IMG/VR virus record: IMGVR_UViG_3300035698_010970
Location: 8,517-72,516 of that record
DNA from: a virus
Reading direction: 5' to 3' (one strand)
DNA length: 64,000 bases
In this document: piece after piece, positions 7,620 through 16,400 of the stretch
Layout of the letters: each line of letters begins with the position of its first letter
How positions within the stretch are numbered: the stretch's first letter is position 1
Translations under genes and position numbers: made by a program
Notes under the pieces: generated by a model
What the model was told of the DNA's origin: nothing
Databases searched by the model: none
The model's input: only the letters and a program-made list of their open reading frames with translations

Positions 7620-9314
7620 TCAGCGCATCTCGCCTTCAATGATGTAGCGAATGCGTTGGTAGCTAGGATCGAAAATGATGTGCTCGTCATTGACGACGGT
7701 AGAGAAGCTCGACATGGCCGCAATCGAGTCTTTTCCATCGGGGGGAGTGCTCCACGAGCCTGTCCGTCTAGCCTTGTAGGCGTCTCCCATGATCACGTCA
7801 TTGAGGAACATGAACCATCCGCGCCCACTGATGCTTCCTTGGTTTCCATAGTAAGATGCGCGATCCCCGCAATACCCGTGCGATTTCAGGTAGTCTGAGG
7901 CAAAATAGCAGCCTCCCCCGAAGGCTGCGCCGGTAATTTGCGCCCCCGGAAGGGACCGGGGCAGGCGTAGGTTGGTCTGGAGGATGGGAGCAATGTTGAC
8001 GGCTCGTGTTCCGTGGATACCCAGAAACACATTTGCGTTTTCAGCGTAATCCGAAATATCCGAAAGATCTGCACGAGTCCGGGGCTGCAAGTTTGCAAAT
8101 AGATCGAAGTCTCCCACGCGTTTCTTAGCCACCTTCTTGACAGCGTTGCGAAACTCTGTGTCACGGTCCGGCCGTTCAACAGTGAACATGTTGTGGATGA
8201 TGAGCTTCTGCCCTCGCAGGTGCCCATGACGATTGTTCGTCATACCTCGATAGGTCTGTTCAACCCACTTGCCTTGCTTGCTCTTCGGGTCGAGCCAACG
8301 GACCGTTGCGTTGAGACGGGAGTCCACGTCCACACCTTGGACCTGGACCTTGTCCTCCACGTCGAAGTCCTCGTTGGCCAGAGCCGACTCAAACGTGTCG
8401 AGGTCTTGCTGGAGCTGGAGGATGTTGCCCGAAGACAGCACCATCTTGAGGGCCCGAGCTTCGGCATCTTTGCTACGACCTGGGTCGGGTCGAGGAACCA
8501 AGCTTGCGACGTAGTTGGACAGCTCCTGCAGCTTCTTGTCTTTCGTGCAGGCGACCGCCAAACGGCGGTCGTACTGGGTCTGGTCGTCGGCCACCTTCTT
8601 GGTCGTCGTCTTGCCCACGCGAACGATGTGTTGCAAAGCCGTCGGGAGCAGTGTGTCTCGAACCTCTTCGATGGCTTCTTTCGTAGGAGTGACGCCACCA
8701 GACTCCGAAACCGTTCGGCGCACGTAGCTCTGAACACCTCCAACAAGGTCCTTCACGAGGCGAACCTCTTCGGGGTGGAAGCTCTTCGTAGGGAGAGCCT
8801 TGGCTTTCTTGGCAACCTTTTTCTTGGTCACCTTCTTCGCCAGGCCAGAGCTATCCTTGATCAGGTAGGCGTCAGGAAGGCCGCTTTCCCGAGTTGCAAG
8901 TTTCTGGGCGACGTAGCCGTCTTTGCCGGATTTCCCGACCCAAATGCCGTCCTTTTGTACGAGACGTTTGACGTTCTTGGATTGGCACTGCTTCTGGAAG
9001 AAGGCGCGAGCTTCGTCCTCCGAGCTGCACTGCACGAACTGGTAGTCTTGGCCTGAGAAGGCGTCTCCAGACCAGGATTTCCCGGTCTTGGCCCGACCCC
9101 ACTCCAAGTACACGAACCACCCACTGTCGTTCTTGACGACTCCTGCGTGGTAGTATTTGTTGTTGTTCGCACCGAACTGGTTGACGCACTTCAGGTCAGC
9201 GATACCAACGTCGCTCCCAAAGTCGTCTTGGTCCTTGGCCGCACGGCCTTGGTAGGTGAAGTCCGAAGGGTTCTTCCCAGCTGGGAACTCTTTACGTCCT
9301 AGTTTAGTTGGCAT
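7620..9314 (-). CDS. PARP-family ADP-ribosyltransferase with WGR, helical regulatory-like and catalytic domains
   Basis: 564 aa; NNNKYY...VYLEWGR (WGR), LQELSNYVASLVP (helical domain-like), HGT, TGAAFGGGCYFA, KSHGY, NDEHIIFD..QRIRYII (H-Y-E triad). Confidence 0.92.
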   Translation of the reverse strand: MPTKLGRKEFPAGKNPSDFTYQGRAAKDQDDFGSDVGIADLKCVNQFGANNNKYYHAGVVKNDSGWFVYLEWGRAKTGKSWSGDAFSGQDYQFVQCSSEDEARAFFQKQCQSKNVKRLVQKDGIWVGKSGKDGYVAQKLATRESGLPDAYLIKDSSGLAKKVTKKKVAKKAKALPTKSFHPEEVRLVKDLVGGVQSYVRRTVSESGGVTPTKEAIEEVRDTLLPTALQHIVRVGKTTTKKVADDQTQYDRRLAVACTKDKKLQELSNYVASLVPRPDPGRSKDAEARALKMVLSSGNILQLQQDLDTFESALANEDFDVEDKVQVQGVDVDSRLNATVRWLDPKSKQGKWVEQTYRGMTNNRHGHLRGQKLIIHNMFTVERPDRDTEFRNAVKKVAKKRVGDFDLFANLQPRTRADLSDISDYAENANVFLGIHGTRAVNIAPILQTNLRLPRSLPGAQITGAAFGGGCYFASDYLKSHGYCGDRASYYGNQGSISGRGWFMFLNDVIMGDAYKARRTGSWSTPPDGKDSIAAMSSFSTVVNDEHIIFDPSYQRIRYIIEGEMR

Positions 9315-9325
9315 CTTGTTCGTTC

Positions 9326-9769
9326 CTAAGTGAAGCGGGCAGCGGAGTGGTGAATGAGGGTGACCGCGCTTTGAGCACGGTGGAAGGCAGCTTCAGTCTT
9401 GCTGAAGGCATGAACTTGGTCTTCGAGTTTGCTCACGTCGCACAGAAGAGCAGTGTCGAGGGTAGACATTGCGATGGCGTTGGAAACGTCGAACTTGAAA
9501 GGCATCACGCGGAAGAGGACAATTTCGGCGGCAAGAACTTTCTTTTCATCCCAGTCTCGTTGCTTACGCGTGGGCAGCTTTCGGATAGCTTTGCTCACGA
9601 ATATCTCAAGGCGCTTGACGGGGTGCCGTTTGAGGGTGACGCAGTGAAGATACTCGTGGCAGACAGCTTCTACAGCCACCTTGTCCGAGTTATCACCAAG
9701 ACCGTGGAAGTCTGCAAGGCGGAGACAAGCGCCTCGAAAACCTCGACCAAGGTTGATACGTTGGATCAT
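9326..9769 (-). CDS. HExxH zincin-like metalloprotein (possibly IrrE/ImmA-like)
   Basis: Start MIQRINLG at 9769 (ATGA overlap with the DUF3228 stop); VCHEYLH followed by DWDEKKV as candidate third ligand. Confidence 0.6.
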   Translation of the reverse strand: MIQRINLGRGFRGACLRLADFHGLGDNSDKVAVEAVCHEYLHCVTLKRHPVKRLEIFVSKAIRKLPTRKQRDWDEKKVLAAEIVLFRVMPFKFDVSNAIAMSTLDTALLCDVSKLEDQVHAFSKTEAAFHRAQSAVTLIHHSAARFT

Positions 9770-10320
9770 TCCACACCTTCCACGAAAGACTTGTCTCTCC
9801 AGTAGGCGAAGGACTTGTGAAGAGCAGACACGAACTCTCCGTCGCTCATCTCGGTGGCTGTGCCTCCGCTCATCTCGAAGTGGTTGTACATCAGAGTCGA
9901 GGGATGCATGGGCATCTCTTCGTCCGTGATTCGAGCGTTGATGCTGATGATCTCCCACTCCGCATCCGAAGAGCGTTCGTTGTTCTCGTCGAGAACGTCG
10001 GCATGGTAGAGCACGATGTCCACGTGCTTGGCGGGCTGTTTCTCACCTTTGGTTTGGACGTTTTTGCGGGGCTCTTCGCCGTCTTGCCGGGCTTCGAAGG
10101 ACCCTTGGAGGGTGTCGCCCTCTTTGAGGGTCACGACGCCTGAGAGGAACCCTTCCGCCGGTACAGGCACGAGGAGGACCCCTTCTCGGTAGCCAGGCTT
10201 GGCTTGGTCGAAGCAGTCTGTGGCGAGCTTCCGTACCTCTTCCCAGGAGCCTGTGTAGTGGCTGAACCGGGAGGCTGCGGTTTGTCGTTGGACAAAATGG
10301 CTGACTTCAATGTTGGGCAT
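9766..10320 (-). CDS. DUF3228-family protein
   Basis: PGYREGVLLVPV, FEARQDGEEP, VDIVLY, WEIISINA, PMHPSTLMYN..GG pattern; start MPNIEV at 10320 with GAGGA RBS. Confidence 0.8.
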   Translation of the reverse strand: MPNIEVSHFVQRQTAASRFSHYTGSWEEVRKLATDCFDQAKPGYREGVLLVPVPAEGFLSGVVTLKEGDTLQGSFEARQDGEEPRKNVQTKGEKQPAKHVDIVLYHADVLDENNERSSDAEWEIISINARITDEEMPMHPSTLMYNHFEMSGGTATEMSDGEFVSALHKSFAYWRDKSFVEGVE

Positions 10321-10543
10321 GGTCTTCTTCCTCGTAGAGCCCGTAGTTTTCATCCCAGTCCAGCAGGGCTAACTCTGGATCAGACCCATGGCCATGGCAC
10401 TGGGGTCCGGCGTCCGGCGCTCCGTCATTGCAGTTGTCGCAGTACGCCTGGTAGTCCCAGTTTCGTTGGGGTGTGGGATTTACGGTCGGGGAAACCGTGG
10501 GCTCCCCTCCGCAAAAAGGGCATGGTTTGTGTGCTTTGCTCAT
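10307..10543 (-). CDS. Lar-like restriction alleviation zinc-finger protein
   Basis: MSKAHKPCPFCGG...YCDNC...ALLDWD; ATG at 10543. Confidence 0.7.
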   Translation of the reverse strand: MSKAHKPCPFCGGEPTVSPTVNPTPQRNWDYQAYCDNCNDGAPDAGPQCHGHGSDPELALLDWDENYGLYEEEDHAQH

Positions 10544-10545
10544 CG

Positions 10546-10920
10546 TTACGCCAGCCCGACTTGAAAAGCAATCGCGGGCGTGATGTGGTGTCCGTAACCC
10601 TCGGCGATGGTATCCTTGGCTTCCCACATGGTCTCGTCAGACATCCGCTGCTCCAGCGTGGTGCGAGGAGCCGACCACCAGCAGTGGGGGTTCAGCTGGC
10701 TCGCGTCGACAACGAAAACGTCGTTCGTGTGAGCACTCACCGCTGCAACAACACACTTCACAGCGTTGTCGGCGGCTGTTGGACTCTCGAAAGCGTGGAA
10801 ATGAGTGTAAATCTCGGTCTCGGTTTGTACTACCATGAAGTACACGCAGTACGAGAAGGGTCCGTCTTCCCCGTAGCCTTCCCGAGCGTGGCTGATGACC
10901 CCGATGTCTCCCTTGTCCAT
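10546..10920 (-). CDS. Hypothetical protein
   Basis: 124 aa; begins 6 nt after the promoter-like motif. Confidence 0.7.
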   Translation of the reverse strand: MDKGDIGVISHAREGYGEDGPFSYCVYFMVVQTETEIYTHFHAFESPTAADNAVKCVVAAVSAHTNDVFVVDASQLNPHCWWSAPRTTLEQRMSDETMWEAKDTIAEGYGHHITPAIAFQVGLA

Positions 10921-10926
10921 GCACCC

Positions 10927-10954
10927 TCTACGTGAATCGACTCAAAAAGTGAAC
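10927..10954 (-). promoter_or_regulatory. Repeated promoter-like motif, class A
   Basis: Minus strand GTTCAC-N16-CGTAGA. Confidence 0.65.
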
Positions 10955-11084
10955 ATGTTAGCCGTGATCTGTACGATCAACCCGAGCAAGGCGGCAAGGA
11001 GGAAGAGCCGTTTGGTATCCGCAAGCTGCGCCTTTCCCAAGTCTTCCTTCTGCTCTTCCTGAAATCTAGGCTTTTTGCGGTCAT
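10942..11084 (-). pseudogene. Small membrane protein apparently split by a -1 frameshift at an A5 run
   Basis: ATG overlaps the kinase stop; one extra A gives MTAKKPRFQEEQKEDLGKAQLADTKRLFLLAALLGLIVQITANMFTF*. Confidence 0.4.
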
Positions 11085-11557
11085 GAGATCACCGTGATGA
11101 GGGTGAAGCCTTCCTCGACTGTGACAGGTTGAGACCGCATGTTGCTGATCATGACGCTCATGGTCGTCCATGGCACTCGACGACACATGTCTCTGGAAGC
11201 ATTCCGGCGCCACACCTCGACCTCCGGGGTCAAGAACACCACCGCTTCAAGGGGAACCCCCGCTGCTTGAGCGAACCGGACCAACACGGAGCGCCGGCCC
11301 ATCTTGGTCAAAGTCGCATCAAAATAGATAGCGTTGTGGTCTAACGCATCGGTCTTCGCTTGCTGACGAAGCCAGGTGGTCTTCCCTGCCCCAGGAGGAC
11401 CTACGAGGAGCACGAGCTTCGACACAGCGGGGTTTTCGAGGGTTTCCGCCAGGTCTGTGTATGCAGCCTCCCAAGCTGCGTCAACACGGTCTGGGGTCCA
11501 GTAGTAGTCCCCCTCCTCGTCAAGGAGCAAGGCGTCCGGGGAGATTATGCGCGGCAT
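11081..11557 (-). CDS. P-loop kinase (AAA_33 / polynucleotide-kinase-like)
   Basis: LLVGPPGAGKTT, YFDAT, RNASR..RRVP, P..EEGF; the usual N-terminal order appears permuted (IISPD segment precedes the P-loop). Confidence 0.85.
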   Translation of the reverse strand: MPRIISPDALLLDEEGDYYWTPDRVDAAWEAAYTDLAETLENPAVSKLVLLVGPPGAGKTTWLRQQAKTDALDHNAIYFDATLTKMGRRSVLVRFAQAAGVPLEAVVFLTPEVEVWRRNASRDMCRRVPWTTMSVMISNMRSQPVTVEEGFTLITVIS

Positions 11558-11679
11558 GTGATCTTCTTGAGCTTTTCAGCGCTGTAGTGCAGCGAAGTGA
11601 GCACCCCAGCTGGGGTGCGATTCCAGGGAGTTTTTTGCGTTTTCCAGGGTTCACACTCTGCGAGATCTTGTAGGCTCAT
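11545..11679 (-). CDS. Small hypothetical protein (44 aa)
   Basis: Manual translation MSLQDLAECEPWK...KKITCRA*; fills the gap with overlaps at both ends. Confidence 0.4.
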   Translation of the reverse strand: MSLQDLAECEPWKTQKTPWNRTPAGVLTSLHYSAEKLKKITCRA

Positions 11680-12062
11680 GCTTGGTCCTTGACCGCTTCG
11701 AAAGTCCAGAGGTGACCGTCAGCAGGCTCGCTGGGGAAGCTGTTGAGCCACTGGTCGACTTCGGGGTAGGGGGCAGGTTTCGAGTCGGTGCTGGCACTGT
11801 ATTGCAGACCTCGAAAGGCCCGAGCAGAGATCCCAGCGCCGGCAAGGTCTTTGGCAGCGGGGCGCATGGCACCATGCTCAACCATGCATCGCAAGAGATC
11901 GGCAGCATCCGCAGGAGCGGTGTTGTTGCGAACCTCCGAGAGGATCGCATGAACTCGCATCCCGTGGATGAGGCCATGGCCTGTGGCTTCCTCGTGCACA
12001 CGCTTCCAAGCGGAGGCGTATGGCTCCACGGTTTTCTGCCAAGGCTTAGTAGTCTTCATCAT
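11676..12062 (-). CDS. Hypothetical protein
   Basis: 128 aa ORF in the same coupled gene string. Confidence 0.65.
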   Translation of the reverse strand: MMKTTKPWQKTVEPYASAWKRVHEEATGHGLIHGMRVHAILSEVRNNTAPADAADLLRCMVEHGAMRPAAKDLAGAGISARAFRGLQYSASTDSKPAPYPEVDQWLNSFPSEPADGHLWTFEAVKDQA

Positions 12063-12269
12063 CCACTTCTTTTTCCGTCGAAGCGAGGCTGATCACGATC
12101 GAGGCGATCGCGATGATCCAGGATCCGGACCGAAAGCGGCATCGAGGTGCTTGCGCGCAGCCTGGAGGCTCTCCCGGATCGGGGATCCGCCATATTCTGC
12201 GTCAGGGTTCAGCGCATGGGCTGTAGCGTACAGCTTCGAGGCGGAGGAAAGAGAAGTCTTAGCGGGCAT
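12046..12269 (-). pseudogene. Small hypothetical gene, 58 aa in frame (stop 12093) or about 74 aa with a -1 shift
   Basis: ATG 12269 lies 9 nt after the promoter-like motif; the -1 frame ends SWIIAIASIVISLASTEKEVDDEDY* and overlaps the next start. Confidence 0.35.
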
Positions 12270-12278
12270 TACAAAAAC

Positions 12279-12306
12279 TCTACGCCAACGGGATGCGAAA
12301 GTGAAC
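12279..12306 (-). promoter_or_regulatory. Repeated promoter-like motif, class A
   Basis: Minus strand GTTCAC-N16-CGTAGA. Confidence 0.65.
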
Positions 12307-12392
12307 CTAGCTCAGCAATTTCAGGGTCTCAAAAAGGATAGATACGGACTGGGGGACGTACTCGGACATTGCAGTTCTCTACCCCCACCAAG

Positions 12393-12425
12393 AAAAAAGG
12401 CTGCCACCCCAAAAGGATGGCAGCC
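12393..12425 (-). terminator. Intrinsic terminator ending the structural operon
   Basis: Minus strand GGCTGCCATCC-TTTTG-GGGTGGCAGCC followed by T6, 18 nt after the stop at 12444. Confidence 0.85.
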
Positions 12426-12443
12426 AATAGGTTAGGGCTAGAG

Positions 12444-13013
12444 CTAATCTACGTCACCAAGCCAAGGTACGTGCTTGCCGATGAGGGACCACATTCCGGA
12501 GGCAGCTAGACCAGCCGTCAAGCCGGCTAGGACTCGCTCTAGCGAGAGCGCACCTCCTGTGGCAAGGTCCACGGCCAAGACAGTTGCGACACCAAGTCCC
12601 GCAGAAACCCATGGTACGACATTGCTGGGCAACTTCGAAAGGAGTTTGAAACGGCGTGCTCCTCCAATAAGAAGCATGAGAATCGCTGAAACGCCAAGAG
12701 CGTACTCTCCACCTTGGAATGCCTTCACAGCGTCTTCACCAGTGCTTACGAGATCGGTTTCCTCACCATCCGTATCGGCACTAGATGATGTGTCCGTGTC
12801 TGTGTCAGCATCATCATATGCTCTGGGATCGGCCACTACGGCCAATTCTTTTGCGTCTTCGGTTTCCTCCTCAACTGCTTCGGTTGCTTTGGTTTCCTCA
12901 GCGGCTACCGCTTCGGTTGCTTCGGCGACCTTTGCCTCTTCCGGTGCAGCAAGAGCTGCTGGGGAGAAGGAAAAAGCGACCAGTAGGGTGAAAATTGACA
13001 GGACTCTATTCAT
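12444..13013 (-). CDS. Membrane protein with signal peptide, acidic linker and about 3 TM helices (holin-like)
   Basis: MNRVLSIFTLLVAFSFSPAALA signal; E/D/T/A-rich stretch; C-terminal GLTAGLAASGMWS typical of phage holin-like proteins. Confidence 0.6.
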   Translation of the reverse strand: MNRVLSIFTLLVAFSFSPAALAAPEEAKVAEATEAVAAEETKATEAVEEETEDAKELAVVADPRAYDDADTDTDTSSSADTDGEETDLVSTGEDAVKAFQGGEYALGVSAILMLLIGGARRFKLLSKLPSNVVPWVSAGLGVATVLAVDLATGGALSLERVLAGLTAGLAASGMWSLIGKHVPWLGDVD

Positions 13014-13404
13014 GGGAAAAAACTCCTTGTTGGTTCAGAATGGCCTCGATGACCTGCGCCTTTGTGTGGGCAGTTTCCAGGTCTAGTTTGTTCTTTTCCG
13101 CGAATCGGAGAAGAACACCACGTGGAGTTTTGGCCAAAGACTCCACTGTGATCTCGAAGTCGAAGTCAAAGTTGGGCTCCGGCTTGGGCATAGGGCCCGG
13201 ATCAATAGCATCCAAAGGTACAGGACCATCCGCCCTGTACGTTTTGGGCTTTCCCAACTTCTTCAGCTTGAGCCGCAGATCAGCGCGATGCTCTGCAGGA
13301 AGCGCAGGATTGCGAAGAGCCGTCGTCATTTCCTTTTTCCACCTTTGGAGGTGGGGACGACGGACCTTCATGTCAATCTGCTGCTGTGAGAGGTGTTGCA
13401 TCAC
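13006..13404 (-). CDS. Basic protein with C-terminal Rho_N/SAP-like helix-extension-helix
   Basis: LLRFAEKNKLDLETAHTKAQVIEAIL matches the L..lAk..gi......K..LI.aI pattern. Confidence 0.55.
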   Translation of the reverse strand: MMQHLSQQQIDMKVRRPHLQRWKKEMTTALRNPALPAEHRADLRLKLKKLGKPKTYRADGPVPLDAIDPGPMPKPEPNFDFDFEITVESLAKTPRGVLLRFAEKNKLDLETAHTKAQVIEAILNQQGVFSHE

Positions 13405-16400
13405 TCGTCTTTGGAGAAGGGTGCTAGCGGTGTTGTCGCAGGGTCTGGAGTGTTTCTCGTACGACCCTGATACATAGGCTTGCCGTTGAGGCGATACCTG
13501 TCCGCTGCGGTGGTTCCCTCACCATACCCCGTTCGGCTGATGATGCCCGAAAGATCGACGCCCTCTTTCAGCGTATCCCCATTACCGGCTACAGAATGGG
13601 TCATAACGACCATCTGGATCTCATCTCCCTCAGTCGTGTCATCGTCTGTCGAGAACGCTTCTTCTGGGAAGTTGCGGACTAGCAGGGCCTTTCCTGCTAG
13701 CAAGGCGCCTTTGAGGACAGGGAGTTGATGGGGCTCCAAAGAGCCGCTATTCCAGTCCACAGGACCGCCAGGGTTCACTCCGTTGAGAACGAACACTGCT
13801 CCACCACCACGGAAGATGCGGTAGCGACGGGAGCCTCCTGGAGAGGAGTCCGTGAAGGCTCCATATTGCAGAATAGCGCCGTCTCCCATACCAATCAGCT
13901 CACCAGGAGCACCCGTATGGGGCGTGTACTCTTCTCCACCATTTTGAGTGAGAGGCAGCAAACGTTGTGAAGGACGAATCCCTCCCAGGAGTGTTTGGAC
14001 CGCACTCGATGCATCGTTGAGCGGGTTTTCGCCCAAGAAGTCTGCGTCGTTGTAGAGAATGCCCATCGGCATTCTTTCTGTCATTCCCGTGAGGTCGAAC
14101 TTCGTAGTGCCACTACCTCCGTTGACCGGAAGATCAACGCCACCCGCAAGGTTCGCGGTGGTGATCGTAGCATCCAGAGTAGTCTCTCCCGACTTGGGAA
14201 GAAGCAACGTCAGGTTGTCCACGTCGTTGATCCGCACACGGATGCCGTTTCCTTCAGCACCAACAGTCCGGGAAATGATGTCGATGACCTGGTCATCGAC
14301 ATCATTCCGAATGAAGACGGAGTTCTGCAACTCAGTCCTCGCGACCATCTTCGCAGCCAACTCTTTGGCCACAACCGTTTCGTCTGGCGACGAAGCATCA
14401 AACTCATCTTCAGCTACCGTCGCACCGTTGTTGGCACGGAAGCTTACAACGGTTCCATCGAGGCGAACCACATCCACTCGGGTTGCATTCGGGCTCGGGA
14501 GGAAGATCATCGTCGCGTTGTTTCCGTCAACACGCAAATCGACAGAAGCCCGGCTTGAGTTCTTCTTCTGACCTTCGGTGAAGGCCCGAGGTAGGAACCT
14601 CCATGCAGGCGTTCCTGGCCCGCTTGGGATACGAGAAGAAGCCTCTGAGGTGTTCTCCATGAACCCAACGTCTAGCTCCGTTCCCGGATAGACAACGCCA
14701 CCAATGTTGCCCGAACCCATTGTCGTGTAGAAGTCCAAGGACGCTAACACTTGAAGGGAACGTGCATTGGGTCGTTCGGGGATTTGATTCCCGCTTGCGT
14801 CATACTGCTGAATGTGTGTATTAACTGCGTAAGCATCCGATTGTGCAACTTGCCCAGGACGATGCTCATAGTCAGAAGTGGTGCGAGTCACTCCCGCACG
14901 AGTCATGAACGGGTCACCCTGGTAGACCGTGCGCTCGTAAGCGACGTACAGAGTCGAGGAGTCCGGAGCGGCATGAGGAAGAACCAAGCTGGCACCCTCA
15001 AGCTCTGGGTTATCGCCATCCGTGATGAGAGCACCCTCTCCGTTGTGGCGTCGAGCCATGACGAAGTTGTTCTCCGTGATCCACCCTTTGGCAAACACGA
15101 ACACTGTGCACTCCACGACGTACTCTAGGTCTGCGAAGTCCTCCCCAGACGTGAAGCTGGGGGACTTGGTGATGTCGACGACGTTCTCAGGAATGATGTA
15201 CGTATGGTCTCCACGCTCACCAGTCAAGTCGTAGGCTCCGTCTTCACAGATGAAGAGAGTCTGACGTTTGGCGTCGCGGCGCAAAAGGTTCGTTGCTCGA
15301 CCCGCTTGAGGCGTCACACGGTCAACACCGAAGGACACGCCCCCTTGAGCTACGAAGTCACGACGGTCGTAGACCCCATACACACGGGCCATACCAAGGT
15401 ACGGAGGCATCATGATGCCTCGAAGACCTTTCCCGAAGTCGCTCGAAGACACGTTGGCAAGCTTGCCTGTGATCTCAGCCGCTTCTGGGCATCCAGATCC
15501 AATCGTCGTGGTCAAGCGACCCTGGTATGCTGGAGTAAGGGGGCCGGTGACGGTTCCATATTGTCCGTACGCAAACCCACTAGAAGACCCTGTCTGCACC
15601 AGCATGCGGGTAACAAGAGAGCCTCCGGACTGGTTGTCCTGACCTCCGATGGCAAAGAACGCAGGGTTCGAGGCATCAGTGGTGTCCGTGAACAGGTGGT
15701 TGATCCCCTCAAGGAAGGTGCCCGCACCAAACCCAGGACCGTTGTCCTGGTAGTAGGGAATATCCTGTCGACCAAAACGGGGCATCCACTGCGGAGGAAT
15801 CTGGTACCCCATTTGAAGACCTGTGGTCAACAGCTGACCGTCATCTTTGGCTCCGTCGAACCCGGTCGGGATGAGGGCGGGGTTAGGGTAGTTGCTATCG
15901 CCGAGCAGCGTCGGGTTATCGAGATCTCCCGTGTTGTCCGTCGTCATCCCCTGAAGTGTCATCTCCAAACGTTGGAACGGACGGAACATGAGAGTTTTCG
16001 ACCCTCGGTCCAGGAAGGCTTCGGTTTCCCGGGTAATCTCCGAGTTAAGCACGACATTGCCACCGTAGGCGGGAGCTGTAGGAGCGTCAAGCCCGTTTGA
16101 CGGGAGACGGTTCCACAGCTGAACGTGAGCCCGTGTGAAGTCAGCCTCTGGAGGACTACCAGGAGCGCCTGTGGCAGCTGGGAAGTCCGTGTCTAGGTTA
16201 GCCGGGCTTTGGTTCAAGACCGTGCCAGGAGGGCTCTGCATAGCTACACGGTGGACCCTATCAGGGACACGTGCAGTTGCACCACGGTTGGAGTGGTACA
16301 TCAAAGTCGTGTTGACGAGGCACTTGTAGTTAAAGGGAGTCTGCAAGGTGCGCCCAGGCAAGGCTCCAGGGTTGATGTTGGCAGAGTTCCAAGGGTTGGA

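Noticed and set aside
9770-9958. N-terminal extensions of track ORFs (9326..9958, 9766..10353, 10307..10627, 1061..2758)
   Set aside because: They overlap upstream genes extensively; internal starts give clean coupling.
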